Assembly: GCA_963727625.1 (NCBI GenBank)
Contig: CAVSHR010000005.1
Location: 768,001 to 832,000 of the forward strand
DNA length: 64,000 bases
Reading direction: 5' to 3'
From: an uncultured delta proteobacterium
GTDB taxonomy: Bacteria; Desulfobacterota; Binatia; UBA9968
The translations under genes were made by a program, and so were the position numbers. The notes under the pieces are model-generated. The model made no database searches. It saw only the letters and a program-made list of their open reading frames with translations, and had not been told where the DNA came from. Shown here in pieces: positions 48,355-58,057 of the stretch (positions within the stretch are counted from its first letter, which is position 1; every line of letters starts with the position of its first letter).

Positions 48355-49368
48355 TTAGCGCTTGAGACCCGCAACCGTCGCGCGCCATCGCGCTTCATTC
48401 TCGCCGGGGACCACTGGTAAATAGAAGCTCACCCGGTCGAGCAGATCAGCGTATTTTTGCAAGACTTTTTTAGGCAACTCGGCCCAGCTGGCACGCAGGG
48501 CAAAGGCGTCGAGCATGTCATCGGTAATCAACGAAGGCATTTCCTTCCATCGCCCGCGCGCGGCCATCGCCTTGAGCTTATCGGCCACGCCGCCCCAACC
48601 TTCGAGTTCGAATACCGGCCGATACGTCGGCGTGCTGGCGTAAAAAGAAATCTGCTCGCGAATCTCGGACTCATACTTCGCCGCGTTCAGGTCGTCCGTA
48701 GGAACGACGAAGATACTGCTCGACACTTCGATGACGTGGCGCTGCCGGCCGCTTTTTGCCAGGCCGACCTCGATGTTGGGCAACACTTTTTCTTTTAAGT
48801 AGCGCGCGCTGTGCAGCGGGTGCGCGTGGAAGCCTTCGCATAATTCTCCGGCGAGCTGGCACATGCGCGGGTTCACGCCGGCGACAAAGATCGGAATGCG
48901 GTGGTACTCGTGCGGTGCCGGACTGAAAAACGGCGTCATCAGCGTGAGCTTGAAAAATTCGCCCTGGTAATTCAGCCTTGTTTGATTCTGCCAGCAGTCC
49001 CATAGCGCGCGCAAAGCGAGAATGTAATCGCGCATCTTGTCCACCGGCTTTTCCCACTTGACGCCGAAACGGCGCTCGTTATGACCCTTGACCTGAGTTC
49101 CGAGCCCAAGAATGAATCGCCCATTCGAATAACGCGCGAGATCCCAGGCGATCTGCGCCGTGATTGTCGGACTGCGTGGGAACACGACTGCGATGCTCGT
49201 GCCGATGTTTAAATGTTGGCTATGTTCGGCAGCTAAAACCAATGGCAAAAACGGCTCATGTGCGGCTTCAAAAGTCCAAAGGCCATCGAAACGGGCGTCC
49301 TCGCAGAACCGCGCGAGCGCCGGCATCTGTATGAGATCATGAACCAGTAGGCTGGCATCGAATTTCAT
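48355..49368 (-). CDS. LLM-class (luciferase-like) oxidoreductase, probable F420-dependent (TIGR03617-like)
   Basis: Start MKFDASL. Motifs EAAHEPFL, FPRSP, GRFILGLGTQVKGHNERRFG and QISFYASTPTY. Confidence 0.85.
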   Translation of the reverse strand: MKFDASLLVHDLIQMPALARFCEDARFDGLWTFEAAHEPFLPLVLAAEHSQHLNIGTSIAVVFPRSPTITAQIAWDLARYSNGRFILGLGTQVKGHNERRFGVKWEKPVDKMRDYILALRALWDCWQNQTRLNYQGEFFKLTLMTPFFSPAPHEYHRIPIFVAGVNPRMCQLAGELCEGFHAHPLHSARYLKEKVLPNIEVGLAKSGRQRHVIEVSSSIFVVPTDDLNAAKYESEIREQISFYASTPTYRPVFELEGWGGVADKLKAMAARGRWKEMPSLITDDMLDAFALRASWAELPKKVLQKYADLLDRVSFYLPVVPGENEARWRATVAGLKR

Positions 49369-49521
49369 CCGCACCTCATGGATCGCCATCGATAAGCTAT
49401 TTTTCGCTTTGGCAACCGCTTGCAAGAATGACGATTTGCCATTCCAACCCAATTTAACTTATATTCAAGTCATTCAAACGGCTAAGCAAAACGACTCATC
49501 GCAAGAAGGAGACTCTGCTCC

Positions 49522-50490
49522 ATGTTAGGTAAAATAACAGCGCGCCTTTGGATCTTGCTGCCCATCGCTACACTTGCGTTGACAACCGCGGTACAAGCGC
49601 AAGAAAAAATTCGTATCGCCTACGCCTCGAATTCACTGGCATTCTTGGTTCCCTTTGTCGCCCAAGACCGCGGCTTGTACATGAAGCATGGTCTCGATGT
49701 CGAAATGATTCAAGTGCGTCCAGGCGTCGCCATGGCCGCGCTGCTGAGCGGCGATATTGGCTATGTCGAACTGATCGGATCGACCATCCGCTCAGCGGCC
49801 AAAGGCGCACCCGTCCGCGCCATCTCCACAAGTATTCGCGCGCCGTTTTTCAGTCTGATTGCGAAAACTAAATACAAGTCGGTCGCAGAACTAAAGAGCC
49901 GCACGATCGGCGTGACATCGTTAGGCGGAACCAACTACATTGCGACACGCATGGTGCTCGAACACTTCGGCCTGGACTCGGAAAAGGACGTCAAGATCAT
50001 TGCCATCGGCGACGAAAGACTGATGCACGAGGCGTTTAAGATCGGCCGCGTCGACGCCGTCATGGTCGCACCACCTTTTTCGGTCATCCTCAAGCGCGAA
50101 GGCTTTTCCGATCTGGCCAACAGCGCGAAACTGCTGACAATCCCGTTCTCTGGCATCGGCACGACTCTGCAAAACATCAAGAGCAACCGCAACCAGATAA
50201 AAAAGGTTTTAAAAGCGGAAATCGAAGCGATGCGCTACTTGCACGACAACCCGGAGGGAACGACCCAGGTCATATTAAAGCGATTTAGCATGGACCCCAA
50301 GCTCGCGCGCGAGTCCTATGATGTCGTGATCGATGCTTTCAGCCGCGACGGCCGGGTGCCCCTCGATGGCGTCGAGACTTTGCTGAAAATTGAAAAAGCC
50401 AGAAACCTAGTGCCGCAAAGCGTTAAAGCCGAAAATGTCGTCGACTCCACCCTCGTCAATGAAGCGCTGAAGGAGTTGGGCAGTCGATAA
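49522..50490 (+). CDS. SsuA/THI5-like ABC substrate-binding protein
   Basis: Signal peptide ending VQA, then QEKIRIAY. Motifs GLYMKHGLDVE and ALLSGDI. Confidence 0.9.
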   Translation: MLGKITARLWILLPIATLALTTAVQAQEKIRIAYASNSLAFLVPFVAQDRGLYMKHGLDVEMIQVRPGVAMAALLSGDIGYVELIGSTIRSAAKGAPVRAISTSIRAPFFSLIAKTKYKSVAELKSRTIGVTSLGGTNYIATRMVLEHFGLDSEKDVKIIAIGDERLMHEAFKIGRVDAVMVAPPFSVILKREGFSDLANSAKLLTIPFSGIGTTLQNIKSNRNQIKKVLKAEIEAMRYLHDNPEGTTQVILKRFSMDPKLARESYDVVIDAFSRDGRVPLDGVETLLKIEKARNLVPQSVKAENVVDSTLVNEALKELGSR

Positions 50491-50628
50491 GTTGGATTGC
50501 CGCGGAACGTTTTATTTAAAGTTCTAGGTGCAGATTATTGACGAGCTGGATAAGTCCAAGCTCGTCCATCACACGGCGGCCTCACTTATCGAGCTAGAAA
50601 ATTAAACAGGGCATGGTTTCCGCCCGGC

Positions 50629-52227
50629 TCACCCCAGTTTATTGACCCGCACCCGCTGCTTGGACCGCTTCTCTCCGGTTTCATAATGATCGCCCTTCAC
50701 CGCGGCTTGCGCATCGGCTTCGTCCTCATCCGACCATAAACCGAGATCATAGCCGTGCCACGGATCTTGCGGCTTGAGCTTGGGTAATTCCAAACGCTCC
50801 CATAGCTGCTTGGCGCGCTCCATGTATTCCTTTTTCGGCAACGACACCGGCGGATAAGCCCACTTGCGTGTCGCGTCCATCAGCATCGCCGAGGAGCCGG
50901 CTATTTCGTCAACGGACAATCCCTGCTCATGGCCCGGAGGAAATACCGACGGGTCCATCTGCGGCGTGCGGTTGCGAATGATCAGCACGTCGCGGTGCGG
51001 TTGCATGCGAAAAGCCATCGCCCAGAAGAGCGAATCGAGATTGCGCGGATTGATATCTTCATCGACCGCGATGACCATTTTTCCGGTGGCGGGATTGTAA
51101 CCGACCATGCTGTGCAGCGCCTGCCAAACATGAGCCTGGTTGATCTTTTTCATCTTGATCACACAGATCTGGCGCACGGCGATGCTGTGAAAGGCGACTT
51201 CGATGATGCCGGGAATATTGCACTGATCGCGCAGGAAGCGCAGATAGTTTCCTTCGGCCGCCACCTGGCGCATGACGCTCGACTCGCTCGGCGGCATCTG
51301 GCTGATGATCGTCGCCAAGATCGGATTCTTACGGTGCGTCACGCATTTCACTTCAAAGTAGGGATTCAAAAGTTTTTCCGCGATATAGCCGGTGGATTCG
51401 CCGAAGGGTGCTTCGGGTTCGAGAAACTCTGTGGAAATCTCGCCTTCGATGACGATCTCCGCGTTGGCCGGCACGAGAACCTCATTGGTCTTGCACTTGA
51501 CCACTTCGATAGGCTCCCCGGCCAGCCCGCCGGCGACGTCGAGCTCGCTCACGCTGAAAGGAATCCGCGCCGGCGCGGTGTAGGAAACGCAGGGCGGCGC
51601 GCCGATAACTAGCGCAGCTTGCAGCGGAATGCCACGCTCCTGACACTTGCGCCAGTGATAACCGCCGTGATTGCTCGAGCTCAAAAACACGCCGGTGCGC
51701 GTGGGGCTCTTGATATGGCCGCGGTAGTTGCCGATGTTTATATTGCCGGTCTCCGGATCGCGCGTAAACCAGTGCGACGCCGTAGTGAACGGCGCGCAGT
51801 CATAACCCGGCGTGGAGATCGGCACCGGGAATTCTCCGAGCCCGCCCTTTTCCAAAAGCGCTGCGCCCAAGTGGACCTCTTCGTGCACCGGCGCGTTCTG
51901 AACAATTCTTGGCGGAATTGGATTGCTCTGTGCTTTATTCCAGCGCTCGACGATTTCCTCCGGCTGGCATTGCAAGCCGAAGCCGTAAATCTGCCGCGAC
52001 GCGGCGAGGGTGCCGACGACGACCGGAATGTCGTACTTGCGCCCCTTGGCATCGATGACGTTGGTAAACATGAACGCACGCCGCTCTTCTTCCGAAAGCC
52101 CGCGAAACTGCCAGCGCACCAGCGGCATCAACTCCGTGTCTTTGTTGATCTGCTCGTCGATTTTGACCAGCAAACCCGCCTTATCCAGCGCGGCGATATG
52201 CTCTCTCAAATCTTTGAAATAGCCCAT
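50629..52227 (-). CDS. UbiD-family decarboxylase
   Basis: Motifs DLREHI, NIGNYR, AEIVIEG, EAPFGESTGY, VDEDIN and MDATRK. Confidence 0.95.
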   Translation of the reverse strand: MGYFKDLREHIAALDKAGLLVKIDEQINKDTELMPLVRWQFRGLSEEERRAFMFTNVIDAKGRKYDIPVVVGTLAASRQIYGFGLQCQPEEIVERWNKAQSNPIPPRIVQNAPVHEEVHLGAALLEKGGLGEFPVPISTPGYDCAPFTTASHWFTRDPETGNINIGNYRGHIKSPTRTGVFLSSSNHGGYHWRKCQERGIPLQAALVIGAPPCVSYTAPARIPFSVSELDVAGGLAGEPIEVVKCKTNEVLVPANAEIVIEGEISTEFLEPEAPFGESTGYIAEKLLNPYFEVKCVTHRKNPILATIISQMPPSESSVMRQVAAEGNYLRFLRDQCNIPGIIEVAFHSIAVRQICVIKMKKINQAHVWQALHSMVGYNPATGKMVIAVDEDINPRNLDSLFWAMAFRMQPHRDVLIIRNRTPQMDPSVFPPGHEQGLSVDEIAGSSAMLMDATRKWAYPPVSLPKKEYMERAKQLWERLELPKLKPQDPWHGYDLGLWSDEDEADAQAAVKGDHYETGEKRSKQRVRVNKLG

Positions 52228-52308
52228 GCACGAATCTCCTTATGTCATTGCCTTGCTCTGTGGTATTTGATTTCAAAGATGATTGCTAGACTATGGTGTG
52301 AGCGCTCC

Positions 52309-52367
52309 CGTTCCAGACGTTCCAATCGTTCAAGCCATTCAAGCCCCCTCCCCCGCGTCGCGGGGGA
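52309..52367. repeat. 9-nt tandem repeats plus a GC-rich REP-like hairpin
   Basis: CGTTCCAGA CGTTCCAAT CGTTCAAGC CATTCAAGC, then TCCCCCGC-GTC-GCGGGGGA. Confidence 0.7.
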
Positions 52368-52492
52368 AGATTAGCGTTGAGGCCGCATCCATAATCTGAA
52401 AGCCCGACTGGCTTGATTACAGATCGAGTTGCGCCAACCTCGAGTTTAACGGATTCAATGTCTGACGGCTTGACCTGCTTGAACGGAAGATT

Positions 52493-54067
52493 TCAGTATC
52501 CCAGCGCGCAGCCGCCTTTGCGCGGGTCGGAGCCGCCGACGAAGGCGCCGGAGTCGGGGTGGATGAGAATCATATGCGCGCCACCGAAACTCTCTGGTTT
52601 GCCACCGACAACTTGATGTCCGCGGCGCGCCAACTCATCTTTGACCGATTGCGCAACCCCTGGTTCCAAGCCAACTTTCGTCCCGTCGATGTGATTGAAT
52701 CGTGCCGCTGAAATCGCCTGTTGCGGTGTCATGCCGTGATCGATCAAGTTCGAAATGATCTGCACCTGCACCTGCGGCTGCACATGGCCACCCTTCAAGC
52801 CCAGCGCAGCGCAGGGTTTGCCGTTTCGCATAATCATCCCAGGCGCCAGCGTGTGCACGCAGCGCTTGTGCGGGCCGATGCAGTTGGGGTGCTTTTCGTC
52901 GAGAGAAAAAAGATGCCCGCGGTTTTGTAGAATGATTGCTGTCTCAGGCTCGACGACACCGGAGCCGAAGCCCATAAAGTTGCTTTGAATGAATGAGACT
53001 AGGTTGCCTTCGGCGTCCGCGGCGGTGACATACTCGGTGTCAGTGCCGCCAGGAACGTTCGGATACTCGCCGGCGGCTTGATTCATACGAATTAGTCCGC
53101 GCAACCGCTCCGCCCGCTTGGCAGCGAACAAATCGCGCGCAGCGACTTTCATAAATTCCCGATCGGCAAGATACCGATCGCGGTCGGCAAAGGCGAGCTT
53201 CTTCGACTCGATCATCGCGTGTAGTGCGTCGGCGGAATTCGCTCCCATCGCTTTGAGCTCGAAGCCTTCGAGAATCTTGAGCATCTCCAGAGCGACAAAT
53301 CCCTGCGTAGCCGGCGGCATCTCGTAGACGTCGTAACCCTTATAACTCGCGGTGATGGGCTCGACCCAATCGGAGCGATGATCGGCGAAATCTTTGAGCG
53401 TGAATAATCCGCCAAGTTTCTCCGAACAGCGCACGAGCTTTTTGGCGATCTCGCCGTGATAGAAATAATCCGCTCCGTCCACGGCGATCCGCTCCAGCGT
53501 GCGTGCCATGCGCGGGTTGCGGAAAATCTCGCCTGCGTTCGGCGCGCGTCCGCCGATCAGATAATTCATCACCCCGCCTTCATCGGCTTTCAATCTCGCT
53601 TCCGACTCCTTCCACTGCTCAGCAGTCAGCTCAGCAACCGGAAATCCTTCGTCGGCGTGCTTGATCGCGGATTGCAAAACCACGCGCAATGACTTAGAGC
53701 CGTAGGCTTCGAGCAATTTCGCCCAGCCATGCACCGCGCCAGGAATGGTGACGGAATGAATCCCGCGCTGCGGTATTTCTTTAAATCCATTCTTGCGGGA
53801 GAAATCCAAACTCGCCGCATAGGGCGACCGCCCGCTGGCATCCAACGCTTTGATCGCTTCATCCTTAGCCGAATAGAAAAGGCAAAAGGCATCGCTGCCG
53901 ATGCCGATGGAAGACGGCTCGACGACGCCGAGCACAGCAGCAGTCGCAATCGCCGCGTCGATGGCGTTGCCGCCGTTCATGAGCGTCTGCACACCGGCGA
54001 GAGTCGCCAGCGGCTGGCTCGAAGCGACCATACCGTTTTTGGCTATGACGGAGAATGTTTCAGGCAT
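52493..54067 (-). CDS. ggt: Gamma-glutamyltransferase family Ntn-hydrolase (cytoplasmic)
   Basis: GGNAIDAAIA, the autocleavage/nucleophile Thr in DTEYVTAAD and LQNRG. No signal peptide. Confidence 0.9.
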   Translation of the reverse strand: MPETFSVIAKNGMVASSQPLATLAGVQTLMNGGNAIDAAIATAAVLGVVEPSSIGIGSDAFCLFYSAKDEAIKALDASGRSPYAASLDFSRKNGFKEIPQRGIHSVTIPGAVHGWAKLLEAYGSKSLRVVLQSAIKHADEGFPVAELTAEQWKESEARLKADEGGVMNYLIGGRAPNAGEIFRNPRMARTLERIAVDGADYFYHGEIAKKLVRCSEKLGGLFTLKDFADHRSDWVEPITASYKGYDVYEMPPATQGFVALEMLKILEGFELKAMGANSADALHAMIESKKLAFADRDRYLADREFMKVAARDLFAAKRAERLRGLIRMNQAAGEYPNVPGGTDTEYVTAADAEGNLVSFIQSNFMGFGSGVVEPETAIILQNRGHLFSLDEKHPNCIGPHKRCVHTLAPGMIMRNGKPCAALGLKGGHVQPQVQVQIISNLIDHGMTPQQAISAARFNHIDGTKVGLEPGVAQSVKDELARRGHQVVGGKPESFGGAHMILIHPDSGAFVGGSDPRKGGCALGY

Positions 54068-54181
54068 AAAGAAAGAAGGGCGCAATCCATTGCGCCCCTA
54101 ACAACTAAGTCGAATAATCCAAACTCTTTGCGTGGCTGGTGCTTCGTTGAACCTGGAACCTTGAACCCCGCGCTAAGCGCG

Positions 54182-54880
54182 CTACGCCGCCGCCGATTCT
54201 TCAATCCGCGCCATCCCGGTCGCCAGCGCGCTGCGATAGGCGCGATCGATCGCCAGGCTGTCCGATGCCGCGCGAATGACCGCCTGCGCGACGCGCTCCT
54301 CGGTGACGTAGCGGTCGTAAACCGGCTCGAACATATCCGAGTGATCCTCGTCGGCGACCATGTGCACTTTGGTGTTGATATCGAGGCCCTCGATCGTGCC
54401 TCCCTGGTCGGCCACACGCTTGTGCGCAAAACGCGCCGTGAAGCCGCCGCCCTTGACGATCGCCGGGTTGTTTTTCCTTTCGGTGATGTGGTTCACCGTC
54501 AGGGCTTCGATCCAAGGCCGTGTCGTCGACAAATACATCCACGCCATGATCGCGGCACGCACGCCGGGAAGCAAGCTCGCTTCCGCCGCCGCCTCGGCCA
54601 TCTGCTGATCGGTCAAATGCGCCGAGCCCATGCGTTTGTCGAAGATCAACTCGTCTTTCTCATGTTCCCAAATCGCCCGCTTGACGTCGAGAGGAGATTT
54701 GACCGCCGCCGCGCCCCAGCAGTCACGCCGGCTCTTGATATAGTGGGGATAGTGCTGGTCCCAAATCTTCTGCCGCGCCGGCGTCAGCTTTACGGCGAAA
54801 AACTGCTTGTATTCCGGCGTTTCAAAGTGCCGGTTAACCATTTCATTCAGGACTTCCCTAGTTTTCGGCCATAGACTCAT
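54182..54880 (-). CDS. Heme-oxygenase-like dimetal protein, divergent 'RRDCW' subfamily member
   Basis: Motifs SRRDCW, EHEKDE-x10-H, ITE and HMVADEDH. Confidence 0.8.
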   Translation of the reverse strand: MSLWPKTREVLNEMVNRHFETPEYKQFFAVKLTPARQKIWDQHYPHYIKSRRDCWGAAAVKSPLDVKRAIWEHEKDELIFDKRMGSAHLTDQQMAEAAAEASLLPGVRAAIMAWMYLSTTRPWIEALTVNHITERKNNPAIVKGGGFTARFAHKRVADQGGTIEGLDINTKVHMVADEDHSDMFEPVYDRYVTEERVAQAVIRAASDSLAIDRAYRSALATGMARIEESAAA

Positions 54881-54968
54881 AAAAAACCCTCCTAAAATAA
54901 TCCCTCTCGGTTGCCTAACCTAAATCCAAATAATTTCCCATCACTGCGTTACTCCAACGCTCCAATCG

Positions 54969-55679
54969 TTATGCCGGCAGCTTCTCTTGCGCCTCTGCGA
55001 TGCCCTTTCGGAACAATGCGTTCAAGTCGAGCGACTCTCTAGCGGCTTGCACGGCGGCCGCCTCTTTCTCGCCCTTCGCATGCTCCTCCAAAAAGGGTAA
55101 AAACATATCACTGTGTTTTTCGTCGGCTTGGCTGTGGGCCTGCAAATTGGGAATCTGTTTCCAGGTAAAGCCCATCTCATCCATCCACTTTTTGGCCATG
55201 CGGGTCGACTGACCGCCGCCCAGGTCGCCGAGCAGGCGATCATCGTTGCACCATTCGGTAATCGTCATGGCGGCCAGAGATTCCGTCCAACTCTTTGCGT
55301 GCGTGATCCAGCCCCATGCATACAGCACCGCCATCGTCGTCGGCAGCGGCGCGGAATTTAAGATCTCTTCGGCGCTGAGGCCCACCGATTGGCCTTGTCG
55401 GATGATCAGGTGGAGGTGTCCATAGGCCGAAAAATCGTCCTTGATAATTTCCTCGTACTCGTGTTCGAGGATTCTTTGCTTCACCGCCATCACCGGGCAG
55501 TTCGCCGACACGTTCGACCAGCAATCACGACGATGGCGAACGTAATGGCTCTGCTGGGCCACCATAATCGCCGCCCTGGGCTTGCTCATCTTGATGGAAA
55601 AATAGTGATCCAACTCCGGCGACCGAATGTAGTCCCGAACCATTTCGCCCAGACAGGCTCGCCACTGCTTCTCGGTCAT
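54969..55679 (-). CDS. Heme-oxygenase-like dimetal protein, 'RRDCW' subfamily
   Basis: Motifs RHRRDCWSNVSANCP, EHEYEE-x10-H, TEW and HSQADEKH. Confidence 0.85.
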   Translation of the reverse strand: MTEKQWRACLGEMVRDYIRSPELDHYFSIKMSKPRAAIMVAQQSHYVRHRRDCWSNVSANCPVMAVKQRILEHEYEEIIKDDFSAYGHLHLIIRQGQSVGLSAEEILNSAPLPTTMAVLYAWGWITHAKSWTESLAAMTITEWCNDDRLLGDLGGGQSTRMAKKWMDEMGFTWKQIPNLQAHSQADEKHSDMFLPFLEEHAKGEKEAAAVQAARESLDLNALFRKGIAEAQEKLPA

Positions 55680-56647
55680 GGCTTTGTCCCTTTGTACAAG
55701 CGCTCGACGAAACCTTCCCGAACGAGCCGATCAACGATGCTATTGTCGAAAATCTTTGCCTTCGACGCCCCCTCCTGGCCGACCATTTCCAACACGGTAT
55801 CGACCGCGGCCGGATCGACGCGCGGAATCGAATCGAGATACTTCGTCACGAATTTATAATGGGTTTCCGCGCTGCCGCCGCGTTGTCCCATGTACTTGGC
55901 GAGGATCTTGAGCGCCTGCGGTTTTCGAGTCTTCAGCGCCGCGATGCCTTCGATGTAGGCCTTGAGAATTCCCTCCACCGATTTCGGCGATCGACGGTAG
56001 TAACCGGTGCTGACGGCCAGCAAGTTCATTGAAAAAGGAATGCCGAGCTCCGCCGCGTCGACCAACATTTTGGCCTTTGGCCCCGGCGACTGGGAGGAAA
56101 CCCGACCCTCCGCCTGTCCGGCGCGGAAGCCGACGTCGGCTTCCACCACCCCGCCGAATTGGCGCAGCTCGGTCTTGCCTTCAAGGTTAAGCTTGCGCAA
56201 AATCAGCTTGGTAACGAATTCGCTGGTCGATCCGAACCGGGTAATGGCCAGCGTTTTTCCTTGGAGCTGTTCGGGCCGTTGAATCTGCGGTTGAACCCAC
56301 AACTGCATTCCCGGCCGGCTGGTATTGCTGCCAACGGCGATAATCGGCGCGCCCTTCACTGCCGCCGCAACGACGGCGTTGCTTGCGCCCAAGGCCACCT
56401 GGACGCTGCCGCCCACAAGCGCCTGGATCGCCACCGATCCTGAGTTAATGTAAACGAGATCGACATTGAGGCCCTGGCGATCAAATGCGCCCATCTCCTT
56501 GGCCATCCAGACTCCGGCCATCGACGGGCTGACCGCGGCATAGGCGAAAGAAATTTTTTCTTTGCCGCTCTCGCCGGCGAAAAGGAGCCGGGGGCTCAGA
56601 CAGAGGAGCAGAAGCACAAACCCAACAAGCCAATGTACTTTTCTCAT
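55676..56647 (-). CDS. SsuA/THI5-like ABC substrate-binding protein
   Basis: Start MRKVHWLVG with a signal peptide. Motifs WMAKEMGAFDRQGL, ITRFGS and EGFVERLY. Its stop overlaps the next ATG. Confidence 0.9.
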   Translation of the reverse strand: MRKVHWLVGFVLLLLCLSPRLLFAGESGKEKISFAYAAVSPSMAGVWMAKEMGAFDRQGLNVDLVYINSGSVAIQALVGGSVQVALGASNAVVAAAVKGAPIIAVGSNTSRPGMQLWVQPQIQRPEQLQGKTLAITRFGSTSEFVTKLILRKLNLEGKTELRQFGGVVEADVGFRAGQAEGRVSSQSPGPKAKMLVDAAELGIPFSMNLLAVSTGYYRRSPKSVEGILKAYIEGIAALKTRKPQALKILAKYMGQRGGSAETHYKFVTKYLDSIPRVDPAAVDTVLEMVGQEGASKAKIFDNSIVDRLVREGFVERLYKGTKP

Positions 56648-56739
56648 TCTTTTTTCACCATGAATCATCCAGTGATTCGTTAAATCCAATTGGATCGATA
56701 CTCGACACGAGCGCAATCGCACCATCGAATCCGACGATT

Positions 56740-57447
56740 TCAAGGCAACGCCTCCATGACCTCGGCGAGTCCCTGGTGATAGATACGGTAAAGCTCTTCC
56801 GATTCCCTGGCGGCTTGCAGAATCAACGACTCGTTCTCCCCGACGCCATACTCCTCCCAAATCGGCAGGAACATGTCCACGTGGCCTTTGTCGGCCTCGC
56901 GATGCGCCCGCCAATTCGGCAGATCGTCCCACGTCAACCCCAACGCCTCGACCCAACGCTGGCCCATTCGATAGGAATGCCCGCCGCCCAGATCCGCCAG
57001 CAGGCGGTCATCCTGATTCCACTCCGTCGCGCTCATCGCGGCCAATCCTTCGAACCAGCTTTTTTTCTTGGTCATCCATCCCCAGGCGTACAGGGCCGCG
57101 GTGGTCGTGATGATCGGCTTGGTCTCTAAAATATCCCGCGCGCTCAGCCCGATCGGCTTTCCCTGTCGGATGATCAGATCAAGATGGCCGTGCTCCGAGT
57201 GGGCATCGCGGATCATCTCCTCGTACTCGTGCTCGAGGATCCGCTGTTTGACCGCGAGCACCGGACAGTTTCCCGAAACGTAAGCCCAGCAATCCCTGCG
57301 ATGACGGACGTAAAGCGAAAGCTGCTGTAGAATGAGTTTTGCTTTGGCCTTCGTGATCGGCACGGAGAAATACTGCTCAAGCTCGGGCGACGCCATCGTC
57401 TGCCGGGCCAGGTTGCCAAAGGCCTTCCTCCAACCCTTCTGATCCAC
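56740..57447 (-). CDS. Heme-oxygenase-like dimetal protein, 'RRDCW' subfamily
   Basis: GGAGG RBS and GTG start. Motifs RHRRDCWAYVSGNCP, EHEYEE-x10-H, TEW and HREADKGH. Confidence 0.85.
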   Translation of the reverse strand: MDQKGWRKAFGNLARQTMASPELEQYFSVPITKAKAKLILQQLSLYVRHRRDCWAYVSGNCPVLAVKQRILEHEYEEMIRDAHSEHGHLDLIIRQGKPIGLSARDILETKPIITTTAALYAWGWMTKKKSWFEGLAAMSATEWNQDDRLLADLGGGHSYRMGQRWVEALGLTWDDLPNWRAHREADKGHVDMFLPIWEEYGVGENESLILQAARESEELYRIYHQGLAEVMEALP

Positions 57448-57594
57448 GATCGAACCTCCGACGACTAATTCAAAATTCAAGTTCGGGGGTTAGGTTTAAC
57501 CCAGCGAGCAGGCCGTAAACCATGGACTCCGCGTGACGGGTCATCCGACGCTTGGGCTTGAAATCTACTCGACTCCCGGAACTCGCAACTGATT

Positions 57595-57933
57595 TTATAT
57601 CGGCCAGCCGTGCTCGGAGACATCGACCCGGTTACCTTCGATGTCTTTGATCCAGCTTTCGGCGATCGCCCCATAGGTGTTGTCCTCGGCTTTGGTGTCG
57701 GCCACTGTCTCGATCTCTTTGACGCTACCGACCTTGAAACCGAAGTGATGAATGCCCCAGGGATATTTCTCGCTATGAATCAGCGCAAGATCCATATGGC
57801 CGTCGGACAAATAAATCGTCCCACCCGGCCGCCGATGCTTCTCTTCCATGCCGAATACTTTTTTGTAGTACTCCGCGGTTTTGTCGAGATCCTCGACGTT
57901 GATCGCGATATGCCTAATTCTCGGTTTTTCCAT
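57595..57933 (-). CDS. VOC (glyoxalase/bleomycin resistance) family protein
   Basis: Start MEKPRIRHIAI. Motifs YYKKVFGM, GIHHFGFKV and DIEGNRVDVS. Confidence 0.9.
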   Translation of the reverse strand: MEKPRIRHIAINVEDLDKTAEYYKKVFGMEEKHRRPGGTIYLSDGHMDLALIHSEKYPWGIHHFGFKVGSVKEIETVADTKAEDNTYGAIAESWIKDIEGNRVDVSEHGWPI

Positions 57934-58057
57934 AACGTCCTCCTCGTTCCGATAGTGAACACCTGATAATGTTTTTCTAAAGGCAATCAACAAGACACAA
58001 TTCGCGCCTCAGTGCCCACGATTCTTAAATTTTCAATCCTCCGTTTTCCATTCTCAA

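Noticed and set aside
50528-50605. 25-codon ORF MQIIDELDKSK... between convergent genes
   Set aside because: Very short with no clear RBS; its resemblance to known motifs is likely chance.
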